Part shown: piece by piece, positions 21,477-31,086 of the stretch
Position numbering within the stretch: the first letter of the stretch is position 1
How the letters are laid out: every line of letters begins with the position of its first letter
From: Scenedesmus sp. PABB004
Taxonomy: Eukaryota
Direction: 5' to 3'
NCBI GenBank assembly: GCA_014905635.1
Contig: JABVCE010000036.1
Location: forward strand, 248,001 to 304,485
Length of the DNA: 56,485 nt
The notes under the pieces: model-generated
Told to the model about the DNA's origin: nothing
The model's input: the letters and a program-made list of their open reading frames with translations, nothing else
Databases searched by the model: none
Position numbers and translations under genes: made by a program

Positions 21477-24400
21477 TTGCAGCAGGTGCTGCTCGAGCAC
21501 AAAGATGTGTTCGCGTATGAGATGAAGGACTTGGTGGGCTACAAGGGCGAGCTGGGCCCTGCGCAGCTGCGCATGAAGACAGAGGAGCCCATCATCTGCC
21601 CGGAGCGCAAGCCCAGCCCCAGGGACCTGGACATTGGAAGGGAGAAAGTGCGGGAGATGCTTGACGCGGGCGTGATCCGCGAGGTCAGCACACATGGCAT
21701 GACACATGCCTGCCCCATCGTCATGGCGGCGAAGCGAGCGCCTGATGGCACCCTCACTGACAAGAGGTTCTGCTACGATGGGCGGGCGATCAACGCCAAC
21801 GCCGTGATTGACAAGTACAAACTGCCTCTGCCAGAGGAGCTGTTCCGGCGAATGGCAGGTGCTACGTGGCGCAGCAAAGTCGACTGCAGGTCCGGGTTTT
21901 TCAACATCCCGCTGGATGAGGCGTCACAGCGCTACGCGTGCTTCTGGTGGGAAGGCAGGCTGTACAGCTTCACGCGCCTGCCCTTTGGGCACGTGAACGC
22001 CACCGCCATCTTCCAGAGAATAATGGAACACGAACTGCGCGCAGCAGGGCTCAAAGACTTTGCTGTGGTCTTTGTGGATGACATATGTATCTACACTAAG
22101 ACATTTGAGGACCACCTGAGGTGCCTGCGCCTGCTGTTTGGCCGTTTCCGGACGGTCGGGCTGCGCGCGCATCCATCCAAAACGGTGCTGTGCAGCGACT
22201 CCATGCCCTTCCTGGGCCACCTGGTCAGTGAGAGTGGCATGCAGCCTGACCAGGCGAAGGTCGCCGCAATGCGCGAGCTGGCGCCGCCAACCTCGGCTGA
22301 TCAAGTGCGCAGCTACCTGGGCGTGCTGGGCTTTTATCGCTGCTATGTGCCTGAGTACTCGGCTATTGCGGCGCCTCTCAACGCACTGCTCAAGAAAGGC
22401 ACGCGCTTCGTGTGGGGACCAGAGCAGGCGGCTGCCTTTGACAGGCTGCGCGATGCGCTCACCTCACCCACTGCGGTGCTGCGCCACCCAGACCCCTCAC
22501 GGCCATACCACCTGTATACGGACTGGAGCCCTCACGGCATCTCTGCCGTGCTCAACCAGAGAGACCAGAACGGGGGGGAGTACATGGTCGCCTGTGCCTC
22601 TCGCTCGCTCAACGAGCACGAGCGGCGGTACGAGGCCTGGAAAGGTGAGGCGCTGGCGGCAGTATGGGGCGTCAAGACGTTCCGCCCATACCTGCAGGGG
22701 CCCCACTTCCACCTGCACACCGACCACCGCCCGCTGCTCTGGCTACTCGCAGCCAAGGAGCCCACAGGGCAGCACGCGCGCTGGGTGCTGTCGCTGCAGG
22801 ACTACGAGTTCACCCTGGTCCACAAGGCCGGCAAAAGCAACGTGGCAGATGTGCCAAGCAGGCACCCACGAGCCACAACGGTGGACGCGGCAGGTGCGCG
22901 CTTGGACCGCACAAGGGAGCCCATGTATCAGCTGCAGCCGGCAGTGCTGCAGGCTGATGGCACGCCGGACACGACGGAGTACACGTGGGAGCTCCTGGAG
23001 CAGCAGCGCGCAGCGGCCAAGCCGCAGAACAGCACCGCGGCAGGGGCGCTGCTGCTGGGCACAGCCCTGGCGCCGCCCAGCCAGCCGCAGCTGCAGGCAC
23101 AGCTTCTGGAGCGCGCGACGGCTGGTGAGACCCGGCTTGACTCTCTCCTGCCCGACGCCGCCGCGTTGCTGGCAGGCAATAACGGCTCCTTCACAGACGC
23201 GGCGGACCAACTGCCGGATGACGCCTCCTACGCGGCCCAGCTGGCAGCAAGGCAACTGGCGCGCTCGGCGCGCGCATGGGTGCAAGCGGCGGTGCCACAC
23301 CTGCCGGCAGCACAGGCTCAAGCCGCCGCGCCCGCGGGAGGTGCGCACGCGGGGCCGCGTGATGCATTTGGGGTGCGCCGGGCCACAGGTCTGGCCACCG
23401 CCAGCGTGGCGGCGAGTTTCTTTCCGGCAGCGACGCAAGGCCTGGTCCTTGTGGACGCGTTTGGGGGGTTGTGTGCGGGCCTGGAGATGGCCCTGCGTGG
23501 AGGGAAACGCATCCACAAGTACCTGTATGTGGACATCAACCCCACCAGCCGGGCGATAGCAGCGCACAGAGTGCAGCAGCTAACAGCGCTGTATCCTGAC
23601 CTGCTGCCCACGTCTGCCCTGCAGGGCATGTTCTCTCTCCCGCAAGACGTGCGCGAGATCACGACATGGCACCTGGTGCAAGAAGGAGCATCGCTGCAAC
23701 GCCAACCCTGGCTCGTGGTGGGCGGATGGCCCTGCCAGGACCTCAGCACAGCTGGGTCGGGTGCGGGCCTGCGCGGGGCGCGATCAGGCCTGCTCACCGA
23801 GATTGTGCGCCTGATCGGCACGCTGCAGCAGCTGCAACCAGACCAGCCGCCCTGCTACCTGCTGGAGAACGTGCCAGTGCAATGGCACAGCGACAACCGC
23901 ATTGCGGAGGAGGACTTCAAAGTGATTTGTGACGCGCTGGGCCAGCCGACAGTGCTGGACGCAGCGCAGTTTGGGAGCCGCGCGCACCGCGTGCGAGCGT
24001 TTTGGACGAACGCATGCTCACCTGCCCAACTGGCCGCTGCTGCGGCGCAGGTGCAGAGGCCGCCGGGCCTCACGGTCTCACAAATACTGGAGCCTGGGCG
24101 GCGGGAGCAGCCGGTCAAGCACCCTGATTTCCCACCACGCTACCCCTGCAATGTGCCAGGGCAGCCCATGGCAGCCTGGCCAACGCTGATGGCGCACCCC
24201 AACAGCTACAGCTTCAGGCCAGGCAAGCCGGGCAGCGTGATCGCAGCAGACGGCACGTGGGACCAGCCCCTGACAGTCGAGCCTGAGCGCGCGCTCGGCT
24301 ATGCGGAGGGCGCAACAGCCGCGCCTGGCGTGTCGGACAGAGATCGCCGCCGTGCCCTGGGCGAGGCGATCGATGCAGCCTGCCTGGCGGGACTCTGGGC

Positions 24401-26393
24401 GATTGCCCAGGCCTGGGCGGAGCATGGCAGCACACAACCAGTGGCAGGACTTGTGCCCGAGATGGGAGCCAGCAAGGCTGCTGGGAGCAAGCCGTACGGC
24501 GTGCTATGTGCGCTGGCGGCAGCAGCGGAGCAGGACGCCCTGCAGGGCAGCAGCAGTGACATCTGGGCCGACGCAACCGCCCTGCACCTGCTGCAGAACG
24601 GAGACTTCCCAGCGGGCACAAACGCGGCTGAGCGCAGCAGAGTGGCCAAGCGCCGCGCGTACTACCGCTGGCAGGGCGGGCAGTTGCTGCGACTCATGCC
24701 CGACAACAGCACGCGTGTGGTGCCCCCTCCGGCTGAACGGCGGGAGCTGCTCAAGAGCTTCCACGACAGGTGCGGGCACTTTGGCGTGCGCCGCACTGCG
24801 GCACTCGCGCACCACACGCACTGGTGGCACGGCCTGCTGGCCGACGCGGCTTCGCTGGTGGGCGGCTGCCCTGAGTGCGGGCAGGTCCGCGCAGCTTTTA
24901 CAGCGCGCCCAGCTGAGCTGCAGCCGCTGCCCATCCGCGGCATGATGTACCGCTGGGGCGTGGACCTGTGCGGGCCTTTCCCGCGCTCAGAGCGGGGGCA
25001 CCGCTACATCCTGGTGTGTGTGGAGCACTTTAGTAAGAACATTGAGGCCATTCCTATTGCGGAGAAAACGCCAGAGTGCACTGCCTATGCTTTCCTGCAC
25101 AACGTGCTCGCGCGTTTTGGCGCGTGTGCCGAGGTCGTGCACGACCGCGGGGGCGAGTGGCAGGGTGCTTTCCAGCAGCTGCTGCTGGACTGCCTCATTG
25201 ACTCGCGCCCCACTTCAGCCAACCATCCCGCTGCCAATGGCGCGGCGGAGAAATCTGTTCATATTGTGAAGGCAGCCCTGGAGAAAACGTGCCTGCAGCG
25301 GCAGGCAGTGCGTGACTGGGACATGCACGTGCCCTGGCTGCTGCTGGGCTACCGCTGCAGCCCGCAGCGCAGCACCGGCCTCACGCCATATGAGCTGCTC
25401 TATGCACGCGCGCCAATTGTGCCGCCTGCAGTGATGGAGCGGCTGAGCCAGCCGCTGGACCTCGACGCACCTGACCTGGCCGCCGCCGACTTGGCCGCAC
25501 GCAGGCAGCTGGTCGAGCGCCTGGCACCTGAGGCCATGGCGAACCTGGAGATCGCGCAGCAGCGAGACACGCTGCGCTACGCGCGACTGCGAAGCGGGGA
25601 GATCCAGCCAAGAACGCCCACGTTCAAACAAGGTGATTTTGTGTATGTCGCGTACACTCACGCGTACAGCGCGCTGCAGCCACGCGCGCGCCCGGTGATT
25701 CTGCGCGTGCTGGAGGTCAGGCCCAGCGGCCGCCTCATGCTGCAGGGCCGCTGCGGACGCAAGATCGACCGCCACATTTCACAGTGTGCGCCCTGCCACT
25801 TGCCAGGGATCGACCCCACACTTGACCCAGCCCTGGCAGAGCAGCCGCAGGAGGCGAGCTGCGAGGCGTGCGGGCACCTGGAGTCACACACAGCGAACCA
25901 GATGCTGCTGTGCGATCACTGTGACGCGGGCTGGCACCAACACTGCCTGGAGCCGAGCCTGGATCAAGTGCCCGAGGGCGACTGGATGTGCCCGAGGTGC
26001 GTCGCTGACGGCGTGACGCAGCAGCAGCTGCAGGCCGCAGTGCGCCAGCGCCAGGCGCGGGAGCAGCGCGACGAGGGGGCGAACCTCTACCCAGACCGCG
26101 CAATGCGCGAGCGTGACGAGGCAGCCAAGCAGCTGCACGGCAGGCTGGTGCGCCAGCACTTTGTGGATCGGCAGACGGGCCAGCGCAGGCTCTTCTGGGG
26201 CCGCGCGCACTTCATGGGCGAGCAGCGTCGGCCGGCGTACTTTGATGTGTGCTGGGAGGATGGGGACGTGTACCGCTATGCCACAGCGGAGCTCACCAAG
26301 ATCCTCACCCCGCAGGACACGCTCCTGCCCGCAGGCGTGCGCTTGCCACGCGACGGCGCCTTTGGCGACACGACCGCAGGACCCAGCCACTGA
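21477..26393 (+). CDS. pol: Gypsy Pol: RT - RNase H - C5 cytosine methyltransferase - integrase - PHD - Tudor-like (frame open from 21087, probably reached by +1 frameshift)
   Basis: RT: RFCYDGRAIN, RLPFG, FVDDI. RNase H: LYTDWS, GEALA, TDHRPL. MTase: AFGG, GWPCQD, LENV, RVRAFW. Integrase: H-H-C-C, WGVDLCGPF, HDRGGEW, NGAAEK. PHD: CEAC..LLCDHCDAGWHQHCL..WMCPRC. Confidence 0.92.
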   Translation: MQQVLLEHKDVFAYEMKDLVGYKGELGPAQLRMKTEEPIICPERKPSPRDLDIGREKVREMLDAGVIREVSTHGMTHACPIVMAAKRAPDGTLTDKRFCYDGRAINANAVIDKYKLPLPEELFRRMAGATWRSKVDCRSGFFNIPLDEASQRYACFWWEGRLYSFTRLPFGHVNATAIFQRIMEHELRAAGLKDFAVVFVDDICIYTKTFEDHLRCLRLLFGRFRTVGLRAHPSKTVLCSDSMPFLGHLVSESGMQPDQAKVAAMRELAPPTSADQVRSYLGVLGFYRCYVPEYSAIAAPLNALLKKGTRFVWGPEQAAAFDRLRDALTSPTAVLRHPDPSRPYHLYTDWSPHGISAVLNQRDQNGGEYMVACASRSLNEHERRYEAWKGEALAAVWGVKTFRPYLQGPHFHLHTDHRPLLWLLAAKEPTGQHARWVLSLQDYEFTLVHKAGKSNVADVPSRHPRATTVDAAGARLDRTREPMYQLQPAVLQADGTPDTTEYTWELLEQQRAAAKPQNSTAAGALLLGTALAPPSQPQLQAQLLERATAGETRLDSLLPDAAALLAGNNGSFTDAADQLPDDASYAAQLAARQLARSARAWVQAAVPHLPAAQAQAAAPAGGAHAGPRDAFGVRRATGLATASVAASFFPAATQGLVLVDAFGGLCAGLEMALRGGKRIHKYLYVDINPTSRAIAAHRVQQLTALYPDLLPTSALQGMFSLPQDVREITTWHLVQEGASLQRQPWLVVGGWPCQDLSTAGSGAGLRGARSGLLTEIVRLIGTLQQLQPDQPPCYLLENVPVQWHSDNRIAEEDFKVICDALGQPTVLDAAQFGSRAHRVRAFWTNACSPAQLAAAAAQVQRPPGLTVSQILEPGRREQPVKHPDFPPRYPCNVPGQPMAAWPTLMAHPNSYSFRPGKPGSVIAADGTWDQPLTVEPERALGYAEGATAAPGVSDRDRRRALGEAIDAACLAGLWAIAQAWAEHGSTQPVAGLVPEMGASKAAGSKPYGVLCALAAAAEQDALQGSSSDIWADATALHLLQNGDFPAGTNAAERSRVAKRRAYYRWQGGQLLRLMPDNSTRVVPPPAERRELLKSFHDRCGHFGVRRTAALAHHTHWWHGLLADAASLVGGCPECGQVRAAFTARPAELQPLPIRGMMYRWGVDLCGPFPRSERGHRYILVCVEHFSKNIEAIPIAEKTPECTAYAFLHNVLARFGACAEVVHDRGGEWQGAFQQLLLDCLIDSRPTSANHPAANGAAEKSVHIVKAALEKTCLQRQAVRDWDMHVPWLLLGYRCSPQRSTGLTPYELLYARAPIVPPAVMERLSQPLDLDAPDLAAADLAARRQLVERLAPEAMANLEIAQQRDTLRYARLRSGEIQPRTPTFKQGDFVYVAYTHAYSALQPRARPVILRVLEVRPSGRLMLQGRCGRKIDRHISQCAPCHLPGIDPTLDPALAEQPQEASCEACGHLESHTANQMLLCDHCDAGWHQHCLEPSLDQVPEGDWMCPRCVADGVTQQQLQAAVRQRQAREQRDEGANLYPDRAMRERDEAAKQLHGRLVRQHFVDRQTGQRRLFWGRAHFMGEQRRPAYFDVCWEDGDVYRYATAELTKILTPQDTLLPAGVRLPRDGAFGDTTAGPSH

Positions 26394-26535
26394 TCAGGCT
26401 GATGCCGCACCGGGAGAGATGGAGGCCTGGCTGGGGGTTGGGGGGTGCTCACGCGTCAGTCCGCTGTGTGCCAAGCCGCCAAACCGGCGAGTGCTGACAC
26501 TGCCCTCCCGTGCCGACACTGCCGCTGCTCAGGCA

Positions 26536-27720
26536 ATGGAGGGTGAAGAGGAGCTGCTGGACTTTGGGGATGAGGAGATGGAGATGCCGGAAGCCGCCCC
26601 GGGGACGAGCAACGATGAGCAGCGGGGCCTGTCGGCACAGCTGCTGGCACGCCTCGGCAGCGGCGGCGATGATGGCTATGTGGCCAGCCCGGAGGCAGCG
26701 GAGGAGCCGAGCGACCGCAACTGCAGCCACAGCCAGAACAGCGGCGGGAGCTCCAAGCACACGGACCGCCCGCCACCTCAAGACGTGGGAGAGGAGCAGC
26801 CGGACCTGCAGACGTGGCGAGGCAACCGGAGCAGGAGCCGCAGCCGCAACCGCCACGGCCGGCGCCCTCACGACCCCGACCAGGGACCTGCAGAGCGCTC
26901 CGCGCGGGGGTGCAGCCCTGCGGCGCAGGGTGAGCGCTCGGGGCGCAACAGCCAGCTTGGCGCCCAGAGCCAGCAGCAGCCGTATGAGGCCAAAGCCTGG
27001 CAGCTGCTGGAGGACTACCGGGCCGGCCGGGTCAGCGGACCACAGGCCGCGCGGGAGCTGCTGGAGCAGCAGACAGGCGGCAGCTACAAGGAGCACGCCT
27101 GCTTCAAGGGCCGGCGCACCTGGTGCGAGCTGCACGGGCCCTGCGCGCATGACACAAAGGAGTGCAGCAACTGCCGTGAGATCACGTCGCGGCAGCATCG
27201 GCTTTTCAGCCAGCTCCTTTGCTTCCCAGCGGGCGTTCGGCGCTGGACGGAGCGCCCGCGGCGCAGCCAGGAGCCCAGTGGCCAGCGCCAGGGCAGACCC
27301 GCGGACCGCCAGGCGCCGCGGCGCTCTGAGCCGCAGCAGCGCGGCAGACGCGCGCAGGGCAGCCAGCCGATGGAATACGCGCAGCGCGAGCAGCAGCGGC
27401 GGCTGCAGCGTGACTTTGTCCAGAGCAGTGACCAGACGCAGCGCAGTGTGCAGAGGCAGCGTCAGGGCGGTGCGCCACCGCCGCAGCAGGTCAGCCAGCA
27501 GGAGCAGAGCAGCCAGGGGCAGAACCAGCTTGTTGCCCTGCCGGCGCAGCCCGCGCAGATGCTGCAGCTGGCGCCGCAGACGCAGGCGGCAGCACCGCAG
27601 ATGTATACGGAGGAGCAGGTGCAGCAGATGCTGCAGCAGCACAACAGTCACTTGAAGACGTTTGAGCAGATGGCCTTTGTCATGGCGAGCCAGATGTCTG
27701 AGCTCAAGAGGCTGCGCTGA
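26536..27720 (+). CDS. Gypsy ORF3, unknown function (acidic N-terminus, Cys/His knuckle-like motif, Gln-rich C-terminus)
   Basis: Open frame inside the element, likely ATG at 26536 (MEGEEELLDFGDEE). Motif WCELHGPCAHDTKECSNC. Confidence 0.6.
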   Translation: MEGEEELLDFGDEEMEMPEAAPGTSNDEQRGLSAQLLARLGSGGDDGYVASPEAAEEPSDRNCSHSQNSGGSSKHTDRPPPQDVGEEQPDLQTWRGNRSRSRSRNRHGRRPHDPDQGPAERSARGCSPAAQGERSGRNSQLGAQSQQQPYEAKAWQLLEDYRAGRVSGPQAARELLEQQTGGSYKEHACFKGRRTWCELHGPCAHDTKECSNCREITSRQHRLFSQLLCFPAGVRRWTERPRRSQEPSGQRQGRPADRQAPRRSEPQQRGRRAQGSQPMEYAQREQQRRLQRDFVQSSDQTQRSVQRQRQGGAPPPQQVSQQEQSSQGQNQLVALPAQPAQMLQLAPQTQAAAPQMYTEEQVQQMLQQHNSHLKTFEQMAFVMASQMSELKRLR

Positions 27721-28027
27721 GCAGCTGCAGTGGGGACAGTTTCGGTCGGGCGCTGCAGCCTGCCCAGCTCTGGCAGTTGGGGCAGTTGGCAACTGCAGCG
27801 AGGGATCAGGCGCGTGGGCGCGCGCATGTGCATGTGCGGGGAGCGGGTGAATCTGCCCCGCGCGGTGTGCGTGTGCCAATGCCTGGTGTGCCTGGTTCCA
27901 GCAGCGTGCGTGCCGCCGCTGCAGGGCCTTTGTCATGTGTGTGTTGTGCTCTTGGCAGCATTGCGAGCGCTGCTGCCAGCACCCGCGTTTTGAGCAATCC
28001 CGCCTCCTCACCTCGTGCGTGATTGCT

Positions 28028-28033
28028 GGGGGG
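28028..28033 (+). other. Short polypurine tract immediately before repeat B1
   Basis: GGGGGG, then T, then TGTGCAGC (start of B1). Confidence 0.5.
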
Positions 28034-28034
28034 T

Positions 28035-28234
28035 TGTGCAGCGGCTGGACTGGCCGCAGCGCTCAGGCCTGGTCACTGCGCGCACGCGCTACAGCCAGCG
28101 GGTGCGGCCTGAACTGGGCAGTTGGGGTCAACTGCCGCGTGTGTGCGCCTCGCAGGTGTGTGTTGCGTGAGGGCAGAGCAGCAGCAGCGGGGGCGCTCAG
28201 CGCTCATCCGACGGGTCGCTCATCTGGTGCGTCA
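28035..28234 (+). repeat. Repeat B1 (200 bp)
   Basis: Identical by eye to 28786-28985; separated from A2 by the dinucleotide GC. Confidence 0.92.
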
Positions 28235-28236
28235 GC

Positions 28237-28786
28237 TGTCAGCACCGATGGGGGCTGCTGCCCGATGGAGGCTAGGCCTGGGGCCGGCCGGACTGAGCAC
28301 TGGTGGGCTTGCATGCGCGCGCAGCAGCGGGGTCACCGGGGCATGTACTGCAGCGCGGGTGACCGCGCACGGCAGCGACCGTGCTCTCTGCTGTGTGTGG
28401 CGGGGCCTAGTCTGAGGCCTTTTGTGCAGCGGCAGGCGCCATTGCAAGGCGTGCTGGCCGAGTGGGGGTTACACACCGATTCGCAACCAGTGCGACCTTG
28501 CTGACGGGGCAGGGTTCGCCCTTGGCTGCGCGCCCGCTGAGTGAACTTAGGCGCGCCCCGCGAGGGACGAGCGCCCCCCCAGAACCCAGTCGAGCACCAG
28601 CCAACGGTAACCACCGCGCCCGACAGTCCCAGCCGCACGCCGCGAGCGGGCAGAGGTCGACGCGAGCACTGGGCACGCCACAGGGGGAGCCAGCAAGCAA
28701 AGGAAGCGATCGCGACCGCGGCGCGCCAGAGCAGAGTGCTGGGTCGGGCAGCCGACCGCGAGCATCCCGGGTGGGGCAATCCCTGT
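28237..28786 (+). repeat. Repeat A2 (550 bp)
   Basis: Identical by eye to 16494-17043. Confidence 0.92.
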
Positions 28787-28985
28787 GTGCAGCGGCTGGA
28801 CTGGCCGCAGCGCTCAGGCCTGGTCACTGCGCGCACGCGCTACAGCCAGCGGGTGCGGCCTGAACTGGGCAGTTGGGGTCAACTGCCGCGTGTGTGCGCC
28901 TCGCAGGTGTGTGTTGCGTGAGGGCAGAGCAGCAGCAGCGGGGGCGCTCAGCGCTCATCCGACGGGTCGCTCATCTGGTGCGTCA
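28786..28985 (+). repeat. Terminal repeat B2 (200 bp)
   Basis: Identical to B1; ends in CA next to the TSD. Confidence 0.92.
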
Positions 28986-29134
28986 CGGCCGCCGGCGGCC
29001 GCGCCGCGCCGCGGGCCGCGCGCCGCCCGCGCGCGCGCCGCTCGCCGGCGCCGCGGCGCGGCGATGCCGTGCGCCGTTTCCCCTGCCCCGCCGCCCCTGC
29101 GGAGCGGAGGTGCGCGGCTCCAACAGGCTGCCCG
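28986..29134. repeat. 172-bp satellite, continuing the monomer interrupted by the Gypsy element
   Basis: Resumes in register with 16493. Confidence 0.9.
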
Positions 29135-31086
29135 CACGCGCAGCATGGTGCGGCACCGCGGCGCGCTGTCGACAGCCTTTGAGCCGGGCCTTGGGTGGGA
29201 GCAGGGCGACACGCTGGCGACTACGATGTTCGACGTCTTCATCAACGCCGTGCTCCAGGAGGTGTGGACCGCCTGCCCGGGCGTGCCGCTGCCCGCCGCG
29301 CCCGCGCCCGCGCCCGCCGCGCCGCCCGCGCCGCCCGCCGGCGCGGCGCCACCCGCGCCCGAGCCAGGCGCCGCCGACGACAAGCTGGTCGCGCTCCTCT
29401 TTGCGGACGACTGCGCCAGCCTTGCGGCCGGCCCGGCGGAGATGCAGCAGCTCCTTGGCGCCACGCGCGCCGCGCTCGCCCGCTGGCGGCTCAAGGCCAG
29501 TGTCAGCTCGGCGGACGCGTCCAAAACAGCGGTGATGGTGGTGCCGGGGGGCCGCACCCGGCGTGCCGTCGCTGCGGCGGCTGCTGCCGCGGCGGCCTAC
29601 CAGTGGTCGTGGGGCGCGGAGCAGGTGCCGCGCGTCACTGGGTACAGGTACCTGGGCGCGTGGCTGACGGCCGACCGCAGCGCCCGCAGCTGGGACGCCC
29701 ACCTGCAGCGCCGCAAGGCTGCTGCGGACAAGGCGTTCTGGGCTCCGTCGGCGGTGCTGCGCGAGCGGCGCCTGCCGCTGCGCCTGCGCCTGCTCACGCT
29801 CACGGGCGTGGTGCAGCCTGTGTTGACGCACGCGGCCCAGGTCTGGGCCCGCCCCACGGTCGAGCGCCGCGCGGAGCTCGACTCGTGGCAGGCGGGGCTG
29901 GTGGCGCGCGCGACCGGGTGCCCGCCCAACGTGTCGCACGCGTGCCTGCAGCAGGAGCTGGGCATCACCCCGCTGCATGTCGTCTGCGACACCCTCATGC
30001 TGCGCTACTGGCACCGCCTGCGCGCCCTGCCAGCCGACCGCCTGCTGCGCCGTGTTGCCGACGCCTGGCCCGCCACGCCGTGGTGGAAGGGCGTGGGCGG
30101 CCTCCTGCGGGACTACGGCGTCGATGTTGTGGCTACTGCTGGCATGAGCCGCAACGAGTTTGCTGCTCACCTTTGCGACCTTGCTGGCGACCACATCGAT
30201 GGCGCATGGGAGGCCGCCGCCGGCCGCGGCTCGGTGGCGCGGCGCTACCGGGAGGCCTTTGGCAGCGGCGTCTTCTCTACTCGCTCCTTCACGCGCCGCG
30301 CCGGCGTGCCGTGCGCCCGGGACTACCTGGGCTGGCTTTGCAGCCCCGGCGGCCCGCGGCGCGGCCGGCCGGCGGAGCTGCTCATGCGCCTGCGCATGGA
30401 GTGCCTCCCGCTGCGCGCTGCCCACAGCCACGCGCGCCGGGGGGAGTCGATCGCGCAGCAGGCGGAGCGGGAGCGCTGCCCCTGCTGCGCGGCGCGCGCG
30501 CCCGAATCGGCCGCGCACTTTCTCTTTGAGTGCGGCGCGCCCGGCCGCCCTGCACGCCTCGTTGCGCTGCTTGCGGACCTCCGTGCCAGCGGCGGGGGCG
30601 CGCATGCTGGCGCGCTGGCTGCGCACCTGCGTGCGGCTGGTGTTGAGATGGCGGCTAGCGGCAGCCAGGAGCTGGAGGCTGGAGCTGGCGGCGGCGGCAG
30701 CGGCAGCGTCAGCGACCCCGGCGTCGTGGCTAGCGCGGCGGCCCCTCGGGCTGCTGACGCAGGCGCGGCGGTCAGCATCAGCGATAGCGGCGTCACGGCT
30801 GATACGGCGGCCCCTCGGGCTGATGATGTCAGCGCGGCGGTCAGCGTCAGCAACGTCTCTGCTGGTGCGGCGGCCCCTCGGGCTGCCGTTACCGGCGCGG
30901 CGAGTCGGTGTGCAGCACTGGAGCAGGCTCGGCGTTATCTGCTTGGTGACCTGCTGCAGGATCAGCTTGCTGTTCACTCTGTGGCAGATTATGTGATGGA
31001 CATCTGGAAGATGCGGGACACCGTCCTTAAGGGGCGCGGGACCAATGGGCGCGAGCCTGCGGTGTAACTATCTTTGTCTTTGTCTT
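29135..31086 (+). mobile_element. 5'-truncated non-LTR retrotransposon (RTE/RTEX-like): partial RT plus C-terminal Zn motif, ORF stop at 31067
   Basis: GWEQGDTLATTMF, LLFADD, YRYLGAWL, LQQELG, RCPCC...ESAAHFLFEC. 3' tail (TCTTTG)3. Probable TSD TGCCCG at 29129-29134 and 31087-31092. Confidence 0.82.

Larger units (their letters stand above)
16494..28985 (+). mobile_element. Ty3/Gypsy retrotransposon with C5-DNA methyltransferase, PHD and Tudor-like domains, and permuted terminal repeats (A-internal-B-gc-A-B)
   Basis: Starts TGTCAGCACCGATG and ends CATCTGGTGCGTCA (imperfect inverted termini). 4-bp TSD CGGC at 16490-16493 and 28986-28989 within a satellite monomer. Domain order is gag-PR, RT-RH-(MTase)-IN. 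Confidence 0.92.

Noticed and set aside
17672..21502. 1276-aa minus-strand ORF
   Set aside because: Antisense shadow of the GC-biased gag ORF; no recognisable motifs.
16494..28985. DIRS/PAT-type tyrosine-recombinase element, suggested by the split repeats and a methyltransferase
   Set aside because: No recombinase motifs seen. A DDE integrase, an aspartic protease, TG...CA ends and a TSD are present, and the methylase is C5-type.
28785..29134. Start of the 760-aa ORF as a real gene start
   Set aside because: It is a chance read-through from repeat B2 and satellite into the truncated LINE RT.
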